From Candidatus Nanohalarchaeota archaeon QJJ-5 (GTDB lineage: Archaea; Nanohalarchaeota; Nanosalinia; Nanosalinales; Nanoanaerosalinaceae): a DNA stretch of 34,868 bases. Position 1 is the first letter of the stretch. Each line of letters begins with the position of its first letter. The DNA lies in the NCBI GenBank assembly GCA_022865265.1, contig JALIDO010000003.1, positions 1 through 34,868 on the forward strand, read 5' to 3'. Under the pieces are notes generated by a model. That model was given only the letters and a program-made list of their open reading frames with translations, was not told the DNA's origin and searched no databases. This document shows, one piece after another, positions 20,840-27,830 of the stretch. The translations under genes were made by a program, and so were the position numbers.

Positions 20840-21295
20840 ATGGACCTTCCGGATGAGATGATCTTCGCCAGTCCGGCTGTTGATTATGGTCAGCGGTTGC
20901 CTGATCGGTTCACCCAGGCAGGAGAAGGGCTCTCACCGCCACTTGTTGTCGGTAATCTTCCAGATCAGATCGTCGAGGTCATGGTCATCATGGATGCACC
21001 AGGGATCCGTGTTGAAGGTCGTGCCAGGGTACACTGGACAATATGGGGCCTGACCGGGACGGATATCGAGATGGAGGCAGGAGAGATACCAGAGGATGCT
21101 GTACAGGGGGAGAATGATTTCGATACGGTAGGGTACACCGGTCCAACGGCCGAACAGAGTACCACATATCGGTTCAGGGCATTTGTTCTGGATGCGGAGC
21201 TAGGTCTTAACTCGGGGGCTGGGCCAGAGACGGTCCTCGATGCCATTGATGGCCATATTCTCGAAGCGGAGTTGTTCGAAGTACGCTATCCATAG
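20840..21295 (+). CDS. YbhB/YbcL (PEBP-like) family protein
   Basis: SPPL, MDAP, VHW, GENDF..GYTGP and YRFRAFVLD motifs. Confidence 0.85.
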   Translation: MDLPDEMIFASPAVDYGQRLPDRFTQAGEGLSPPLVVGNLPDQIVEVMVIMDAPGIRVEGRARVHWTIWGLTGTDIEMEAGEIPEDAVQGENDFDTVGYTGPTAEQSTTYRFRAFVLDAELGLNSGAGPETVLDAIDGHILEAELFEVRYP

Positions 21296-21296
21296 G

Positions 21297-21638
21297 CTAG
21301 AGGTCGAGTGATTCGCCTGGCCCAGGAACATATGCCTGGTCTTCTTCGTCGTCATTGAAAAAGCGATACAGCACAAGGGTCAGCACAAGCCCGATCACGA
21401 TGAGTCCGATCGATGTGTATGGTTCATAGGTGTAGGGGTACTGCCATCCGGTATAGTGGTGTGCATAGACCAGATATGATAGTGAGAACAGTGGAAGGAT
21501 TGTCAACAGATAGAGGCCACCGTACTTGATCGGCTTCAGCAAGAAGCTGTCTGCCTGTTGTGGGCCATTCCGGTATTTGGCAGCCATCTCGTTGACTTCA
21601 TCAGCGATTTCACTGATATCTTTCTCATCATCGTCCAT
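21297..21638 (-). CDS. hypothetical 2-TM membrane protein
   Basis: Two hydrophobic helices with acidic termini. Confidence 0.7.
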   Translation of the reverse strand: MDDDEKDISEIADEVNEMAAKYRNGPQQADSFLLKPIKYGGLYLLTILPLFSLSYLVYAHHYTGWQYPYTYEPYTSIGLIVIGLVLTLVLYRFFNDDEEDQAYVPGPGESLDL

Positions 21639-21660
21639 ACAGGCTCATGGCGTATCACGG

Positions 21661-21695
21661 TAAAAAAGGATACCGGTGAGGGGAAAACCCCCTCA
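21661..21695 (-). terminator. hairpin plus T-tract after the small zinc-finger gene
   Basis: TGAGGGG (21677-21683) / CCCCTCA (21689-21695) 7-bp stem, then T6 on the minus strand (21662-21667). Confidence 0.55.
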
Positions 21696-21830
21696 GACCG
21701 ATGCATCGATGAACGAGGTCGGTTCACCATAGAAGGTCGTGCCACATTGCATGCACCTGAATTGAAGGTTTTCAGGGTCTTTTTCCTCGATATTGGCTGT
21801 ACCGCACTGTGGACACGTATTCATGGTCAT
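21693..21830 (-). CDS. 45-aa CPxCG zinc-finger microprotein (not in ORF track)
   Basis: MTMNTCPQCGTANIEEKDPENLQFRCMQCGTTFYGEPTSFIDASV*; GGTGG upstream. Confidence 0.8.
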   Translation of the reverse strand: MTMNTCPQCGTANIEEKDPENLQFRCMQCGTTFYGEPTSFIDASV

Positions 21831-21937
21831 TGGTACCACCCGTACGTGTCAATCGATATTCATGGAGGTTCCTGGATTTAAAGATTATCCTGGATATAAC
21901 CGGTGTGTTGAAAAATACTGCTCGTGGTGGTATATGT

Positions 21938-22837
21938 ATGCGAGCTGATGCGGTACTTGATGCTCTTGGATATGACTATGACCATGTGGAACAGGATGAA
22001 CCGACTGAGGCCTGTGATGCGGCCGCGGACCAGCGTGGTCTGGAGACCGGCCAGATTGTCAAGAGTCTGATTGTCAGTATCGATGGGCAAGACTATCATC
22101 TTTTGGTACCAGGTGACAGGCAGCTCTCGGAACGGAAGGTCGGTTCGTATAGGCTCGTGGAGCCTGATCGGTCGACAGAGTTGACAGGCTGTGAACCAGG
22201 CACGGTACACCCATTTGCATCTGAGCTTCCGCATCGTGTGGATTATCGGTTGTTCCTGAATGAAGAGGTATCGTTCACTGTCGGGAATCGACAGGAGGGC
22301 GTCATCATCGATGCTGAGCGGTTCCGTGATGCTTTGGATGATGAGGATTTTGAATGGGTCGAGGATGATCTGGTCTCGTTCACCGAGCAGGATGTCCGTG
22401 CTCTTGATAGCTATGAACTAGATGAAGAGACTGCAACGTTCATCGCGAAGGAAGGATACACTCGTGTCTTTGAACAGCTTGTTGATGATGTCTCGATCAG
22501 TGATCTCGTGATGGCGATCGAGTCACTACACCGTGAGGAGGTGTCAGTTTCCCCGATGCTGGTGGATGAGCTCATCGAGCGGGCTGAGGGAGAGACCCAC
22601 ATGCAACGGCTTGCTGCTCATCGTGCAGAACATGGGGAGTGGCCGGAAGACGTCTCATATGATCTTGATGCTATCATTACAGAGATCCTGACGGAGCATG
22701 AAAATGCTGTCCAGGATTACAGAGATGGAAAATCTTCGGCTGTGAACTTCCTGATGGGGCAGGTGATGAATGAGACACAGGGTCAGGCTGATCCAGGATC
22801 GGTCAGGCGTGAACTTATGTCCCGGCTTGAGGATTAG
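21938..22837 (+). CDS. YbaK/EbsC aminoacyl-tRNA deacylase domain fused to a C-terminal GatB/Yqey domain
   Basis: QIVKSLIV and TGCEPGTVHPF (YbaK); VQDYRDGKSSAVNFLMGQVMNETQGQADP (GatB/Yqey). Confidence 0.85.
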   Translation: MRADAVLDALGYDYDHVEQDEPTEACDAAADQRGLETGQIVKSLIVSIDGQDYHLLVPGDRQLSERKVGSYRLVEPDRSTELTGCEPGTVHPFASELPHRVDYRLFLNEEVSFTVGNRQEGVIIDAERFRDALDDEDFEWVEDDLVSFTEQDVRALDSYELDEETATFIAKEGYTRVFEQLVDDVSISDLVMAIESLHREEVSVSPMLVDELIERAEGETHMQRLAAHRAEHGEWPEDVSYDLDAIITEILTEHENAVQDYRDGKSSAVNFLMGQVMNETQGQADPGSVRRELMSRLED

Positions 22838-23256
22838 TTGAGGCGTTCATCCATCTTCTGATAGATGCCCGTGTTCTTGAGTGACTGGAACCGGACGAAC
22901 CACTGGTTATGATCATGGTTGGCGCGGTGGTTCTTTGCTCTGCTCAGCTTTTCGAAATCTTCGTCACAGACAGCACACTTGAGGTAATGGCCACCTTTTT
23001 TCTTGCTGATGGCTCGATCGAGTGGTATGGCTTCTTTGGCATATTTAATCTTTCCTTCTTCGTCTTCCTCGGTAGTTGTATCTTCATTGACTTTGACGCC
23101 TTCAGGTTTGTCGATTTTTGTAACGTTCCGCCCCATTTCGTCGGTAGAATCGGTGATTGTTGACCCTCTCCGTGCATACTTTTTTCTGAGATGTTCGGAT
23201 GGTATCTGTTCAATACCATCCGTTCCTTCAAGCAAGTATACTATAATGGGATACAC
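22834..23256 (-). CDS. C2H2 zinc-finger-containing protein (start may be 23136)
   Basis: CAVCDEDFEKLSRAKNHRANH. Confidence 0.65.
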   Translation of the reverse strand: MYPIIVYLLEGTDGIEQIPSEHLRKKYARRGSTITDSTDEMGRNVTKIDKPEGVKVNEDTTTEEDEEGKIKYAKEAIPLDRAISKKKGGHYLKCAVCDEDFEKLSRAKNHRANHDHNQWFVRFQSLKNTGIYQKMDERLN

Positions 23257-23426
23257 AGGTTTTTAACAGTTGTTGAAGCTCTGGCGATGAGGCAATGAAA
23301 TGTCTGTGTATGCAGCCGGACCGATGATGCCCGTCGACATCAGACCGCCACCAATAAACGTTACTAAATTTGTTACTTTCTAATAACAATATATAGCGAT
23401 CTCTCCTGAATGGTTGTCTAGTGTAT

Positions 23427-24353
23427 TCAATCTGCCGTATTGACCAGCTGTTGTTGTTCAAGCATTACTATCGGAAGGTATCGGAGAAAGACCTTGACTG
23501 GAAGCTGGACGAACAACAGAAAGCTCATAATAAGGCCAACAATCGTGCCGGTGAATGTGGTAAGCTGTGCGATAATCGTTGACAGTGTTCCGCCTGTGCT
23601 TGGTGCAGAAAGCACTGATCCGATGATATCGAACACCGGTATGCCGGTGATGATCGCGATCATGCTGCCGATAAAGAGTGTGCCAATACTGATCACAGTA
23701 TTCAGTGTTACACGAATACTGGTGTAGGAGAGATAGGCTTTAGGATGGTCGCGAACATCAGTTATCAGTGTCCTGGCCGCAGTCTGGTAGTCCGCATGGA
23801 TGAGTCGAAGTGGTACGAGGAAATCGGTCATGAATCCATTGGTCACCGTGTATCCGATGACTGCGATGGTATTGATAAAAACGAGTCCGTATTCGATCAT
23901 CGGGTCTCCCTGTCTGAGATTGAAGATGAGATACTGGATGGCAAAGACGGCGGTGAATCCGATCAACAATGCGATTCTGATACCGAACAAACGTATACCG
24001 GCGGGGGTCCATATTTTCAGACTGTCATTAGCTGGTTGTTTGTCCTCCAGTAGCCATTTGGTAAAGATGAAATCCAGGATGCTCCCGATCAGATAGTAGA
24101 TAAAGATAATGGTTCCGATGATGCTACTGATTCCTAGGATGGTATCGAGGCTGTATGAAAGATGTGCTGAAAGAGTACCCAATCCCTCAGTGGATAATGG
24201 AAGGTAACTCGAGATGATAGTGTAATTGAACCGTGCACCGGCACTGATGAAGGTAGCAAGAGACACCAGAGCAAGCCAGGATCGGGGTGTCAGTGTGAAC
24301 ACGAGGTGATAGGTTCGTCGAAGACTTTCACCGATCAATCGGCCTACACGCAT
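23427..24353 (-). CDS. multi-pass membrane protein of unknown function
   Basis: About 6 TM helices; visibly more AT-rich than flanks. Confidence 0.78.
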   Translation of the reverse strand: MRVGRLIGESLRRTYHLVFTLTPRSWLALVSLATFISAGARFNYTIISSYLPLSTEGLGTLSAHLSYSLDTILGISSIIGTIIFIYYLIGSILDFIFTKWLLEDKQPANDSLKIWTPAGIRLFGIRIALLIGFTAVFAIQYLIFNLRQGDPMIEYGLVFINTIAVIGYTVTNGFMTDFLVPLRLIHADYQTAARTLITDVRDHPKAYLSYTSIRVTLNTVISIGTLFIGSMIAIITGIPVFDIIGSVLSAPSTGGTLSTIIAQLTTFTGTIVGLIMSFLLFVQLPVKVFLRYLPIVMLEQQQLVNTAD

Positions 24354-24405
24354 ACCATCAGGATGCGGCCGGAACTATTTCAAGGACAGGATGTGTATCT
24401 TCAGT

Positions 24406-24597
24406 ATGGTCTATTCTGATCAAGACGATATCGTTTTTGGTGGGATCATCGTTCTGTGTCTGGTTGTGATCGTGGGCTTTATCGCGAACCAGATGGGGAT
24501 GCCGGCCCATGCCTTTTTCGGACCACCGGGGCTTGTCCTTGTACTTTATTCAGGTCTTGTGTATGTTATCGGGGTCTATATCGGGAAACGGGCTTAA
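24406..24597 (+). CDS. small 2-TM membrane protein
   Basis: MVYSDQDD then two hydrophobic helices; TATTTCAAG upstream. Confidence 0.6.
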   Translation: MVYSDQDDIVFGGIIVLCLVVIVGFIANQMGMPAHAFFGPPGLVLVLYSGLVYVIGVYIGKRA

Positions 24598-25139
24598 AGT
24601 TGGTCTAGTGCCTGTTGTGCTAACCTCTGACACTTCTCAGGTCCATACGGGTCATCGAGAAATGTTCTGAGATCGGACCTGAGATCTGTAAGATGATCTG
24701 TCCCGCGTGGTTTGTTTGCCTGGAGTTTCTGTCCGCCTTCACGCCATCCTTCTGCAATGTACCAGTCTTTGAACCAGGTGAATCCATTGATGAACAGAAG
24801 ATGGCCGATCGGTGTTGCGGGTGGCGGGATATCGATATTAAGTGCTTCTGCCGTCAGGCTATCGGTATACTGTATCATGATATGGCTGCCTGGCACGAGT
24901 TGGTCGGCACAACAGGTGATGAGGTCTATATCATCGTCATTGTCTGGTGACAGTGTTTGATCGGGCACAAGTTCAATCCATGGTTCGATGTACCTGGTTT
25001 GCTCACGAAACGTTACCCGATATGTGCTATCGTTCCGTGCTATGGTCATGACTGTCGTTTTTCGCTTGCGTTCGGTGATCGTTGTCTCGTACCCCAGGTC
25101 TTTCAGTCGATCAACAAGTGGATCCATCGTTCTGACCAT
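24594..25139 (-). CDS. DUF1122 family protein
   Basis: PPPATPIG..LF..GFTWFKDWYIAEGWREGGQKLQANKP. Confidence 0.85.
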   Translation of the reverse strand: MVRTMDPLVDRLKDLGYETTITERKRKTTVMTIARNDSTYRVTFREQTRYIEPWIELVPDQTLSPDNDDDIDLITCCADQLVPGSHIMIQYTDSLTAEALNIDIPPPATPIGHLLFINGFTWFKDWYIAEGWREGGQKLQANKPRGTDHLTDLRSDLRTFLDDPYGPEKCQRLAQQALDQL

Positions 25140-25177
25140 GGTATCTGGTTGTAAAAAGCATTATCCTTGACTTGTTC

Positions 25178-25405
25178 GTGATCGGGCAGTTAGTCAGGGT
25201 GCCTTTCTGTGAACATATGTACTTCATCAAGAACCCTGTCTGGTCTGATCACTATCGCTCGGCTGTCAGAACTTTTATATATCGTTCATGAGAAATTGAG
25301 GTCTGCCTTCTGTGGGGGGAAGGTTCGAAAGGGTTGTGCGAGAGGGAGGTTTTTGACGCACCTCATCTATTGTCCCTCTTGCCGTTTCCTACCCTTTCTC
25401 TTTTT
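25178..25405 (+). ncRNA. candidate structured non-coding RNA(s): two long hairpins
   Basis: Stems at 25178-25252 and 25327-25398 with G.U pairs on the + strand, TTTTATATAT at 25273-25282 and a T-tract ending at 25405. Confidence 0.4.
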
Positions 25406-26520
25406 CAACATTCTTCGATGATCGTTCTGATATGATCGAGTGGCGCATTTGTTCTGATACCAGTATCTTCGAAATGAGAACGGACTGCATTGTATCCTCG
25501 TTCTTCAAAGGCCCTGAGAAGGTCTTCGATAGCAGGTGCAGGTACATTGTAGGTGGCTGCAAGGTCATGAGTGTCATAGTACGGTGTTGATATCGGTATT
25601 TCGGTGATGAGCCTATCCAAAAGAGCTGTAGCATCATCGAACCCGCGTTCGGTGCAGTTGTCTCGTGTCTGTTCGATGAACTCTGTTCGTCCGAGATGAC
25701 CGATCCAGGTCGGCCCGATTCTGTTCAGGTCCGTCTCGCAGTAAGGACATGTTGTTTCTTCTACGTTTGGTTCCATGGTCCGATAACAGCAATCAGGGCA
25801 GGCCAGGATATAGCCGATCTTGTCCAGTGACCGGTTAACCCCTTTCTTCGATTCACGGACAGTCCCATTGAGACGATAGTAGTGTTTCTGTGCAAAACTG
25901 AGCTGGGGTCTGAATACCATGTCTCGTCTCGCAAATGCTTCAAAGACCGCCTTGATCAATGTCCGGATCCCGACCTCGTGCTGGAAGCTTGTCTTGTGCA
26001 TCCATGTTCCGTACCGGCGTCGACAGGTCTTCGTATAGCTGCCACAGAGGGTGGCAAGGTCTGTCGCTGTGATACCGAGAAAGGCTTCATGATTGGCTCC
26101 TCGAGCCGCTGCATCAAGGAACGGGACTGGTGATCCGAAGGGATCGATATCGATGATATCGTATTGCCCGGCTTCGGTGGTCATATGGATAACCGCATCA
26201 GTGTGTTCGATATCGATATCCATGCCCGCATTGAGTTCATTGTTCTGTTCCATGTTCTCGATCGCATTTGGATTGGTGTCTGTGGCCTTGATAGATTGTA
26301 GACCAGTGGTCTCGTTCGCATACCGGAATGCACGGACACCAGATGCGGCCAGAGCATCGATCAGAGAAAGTTCTCGCTCCTGTCCATCGATGTATGATTG
26401 GACCGCTGCGACGGAGATATCTCTGTTCAGGATCATATCTGTATTGTAGAAGACCTCATCATCCGCTGTTGGTTCTTCTGCCGGATCGAGGTCGAGGCTG
26501 ACCGAGCGTTCGTCTATCAT
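25405..26520 (-). CDS. trm1: tRNA (guanine-26-N2)-dimethyltransferase
   Basis: VFYN..M..NRDIS, DALAASGVRAFRY, DIIDIDPFGSP, ITATD, HEVGIR, CPDC/CPYC, GPTW and RSHF..TGIRTNAP. Confidence 0.95.
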   Translation of the reverse strand: MIDERSVSLDLDPAEEPTADDEVFYNTDMILNRDISVAAVQSYIDGQERELSLIDALAASGVRAFRYANETTGLQSIKATDTNPNAIENMEQNNELNAGMDIDIEHTDAVIHMTTEAGQYDIIDIDPFGSPVPFLDAAARGANHEAFLGITATDLATLCGSYTKTCRRRYGTWMHKTSFQHEVGIRTLIKAVFEAFARRDMVFRPQLSFAQKHYYRLNGTVRESKKGVNRSLDKIGYILACPDCCYRTMEPNVEETTCPYCETDLNRIGPTWIGHLGRTEFIEQTRDNCTERGFDDATALLDRLITEIPISTPYYDTHDLAATYNVPAPAIEDLLRAFEERGYNAVRSHFEDTGIRTNAPLDHIRTIIEEC

Positions 26521-26527
26521 CGGCTAC

Positions 26528-27766
26528 CTACTCATCATCAGTCTCGAGTTCCTGATCCCGGACGGTCGGCCGAGTGCCTTTTGCTTCTTTCTTTGCGGAT
26601 TCGGCGATCTGGTCCGTATTCAATGATGGCGTCATGTCCTGTGCCTCTTGTTCGGCATCCTGTTTCTCTTTGATATCTTCACCGACCTTCGATGCGAACT
26701 CTTTGGTTTCTTCTTTGAGTTCCATGAGTTCAGTATCGTCCAGCTCATCGAGTTTCTTGTCTTTGACCATGCTGATGACGTCATCCCAGCGGTCGAACAG
26801 TTCGCGGTGGTCTTCACCGAAATCGAGTTCTTCATCGACCACATCCGGCAGATCTTCTTTGTCTTCCGGTGGTTCGATGCCTTCTGATTTGAGAGCGGCT
26901 ACATTAGCCTTCAGGAACGTCTTGTAGTCATCGACGACATCTTTGACTTTTCGCTGTGAACCAAGTTCGCTGACTAGCTTGTGCATCCGTCGGATGAAAT
27001 CATCGGTCATCTCGAGATGTTCTTCAACTTCTTCGGCTGTGACCTCATCAGGGTGTTTCTCGCCCTTGTTGCCGAATTCATGGATCTGTTCAGCCATGTC
27101 TGCATATTTCTCCTCGAGCAGATCTTTTTCGACGAATAGTTCACGCAGTGCCTTGGCTACATCTTCCTTGTTCGGTGGTGTCTTGCCGATATACATGATC
27201 GGGGCTTGGCCAGCGTTCGCGATCGCCTGTTCCAGATTATGTGGGATACTCTGTCGCATCTTCTTGTCGCTTTTCTTGTAGCCAGCTGCCGCCATCTTGA
27301 GTCGTTTCTTGACGGCTTCTTCTGATGATGAGATCTTCCCACGTTCGAGCATCCGTTTCGCAGGCATGAATACGCCAACGTCATAGACCGGTTCTCCTTT
27401 CCGGAGCACACCGATGATCAACGGCTCGCCCTTTCTGATCGAATCCCAGAAGTCTGTCAGGAAGGAGAAATACTGGATGGTGATACGATCATCGGTCTCT
27501 TTCGCGAGCTTGGTGACCTTTTTCCTGATCTTGTCTTTGGCTTCGTCTGGAACATCTTTATCGAGCTTTGTATCATCCAGGACAACGAATGTATCGATAT
27601 CTGACTCATGTGTATGGCGTCCATCGGGCACAGATCCATAGACGGCGACACACATGACCTTGTCGCCGAGTTTTTCTTTCAACAGATCAGCGAATTCTTC
27701 GACTTTTTCGAATCGGCGTTCCTGTGATTTCTGACGGGCTTCCTGGAGCTTGTCTTTTGAACTCAT
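26528..27766 (-). CDS. minimal nucleotidyltransferase (Pol-beta superfamily) fused to HEPN-like helical domain(s)
   Basis: YGS-x10-DIDTFVVLDD motif; C-terminal helical regions with PPNKED and PPEDKED. Confidence 0.82.
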   Translation of the reverse strand: MSSKDKLQEARQKSQERRFEKVEEFADLLKEKLGDKVMCVAVYGSVPDGRHTHESDIDTFVVLDDTKLDKDVPDEAKDKIRKKVTKLAKETDDRITIQYFSFLTDFWDSIRKGEPLIIGVLRKGEPVYDVGVFMPAKRMLERGKISSSEEAVKKRLKMAAAGYKKSDKKMRQSIPHNLEQAIANAGQAPIMYIGKTPPNKEDVAKALRELFVEKDLLEEKYADMAEQIHEFGNKGEKHPDEVTAEEVEEHLEMTDDFIRRMHKLVSELGSQRKVKDVVDDYKTFLKANVAALKSEGIEPPEDKEDLPDVVDEELDFGEDHRELFDRWDDVISMVKDKKLDELDDTELMELKEETKEFASKVGEDIKEKQDAEQEAQDMTPSLNTDQIAESAKKEAKGTRPTVRDQELETDDE

Positions 27767-27830
27767 GAATAAATCACAGATACCTTTGCCATTGCAATCT
27801 TTTTATGCCTTAGAGAACAGGGAGAACGGT

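Noticed and set aside
22834-24400. More AT-rich stretch as a possible genomic island
   Set aside because: No integrase, transposase, tRNA or flanking repeats; partly explained by Lys-rich and hydrophobic coding content
25192-25230. Possible C/D box sRNA on the minus strand (TGATGA...CTGA)
   Set aside because: Only about 26 nt between boxes and no clear D'/C' pair; kept only as part of the general ncRNA candidate
26528-27766. Classical MNT-HEPN toxin-antitoxin or CBASS cyclase call
   Set aside because: Single fused gene, no Rx4-6H motif, no effector or mobile context visible
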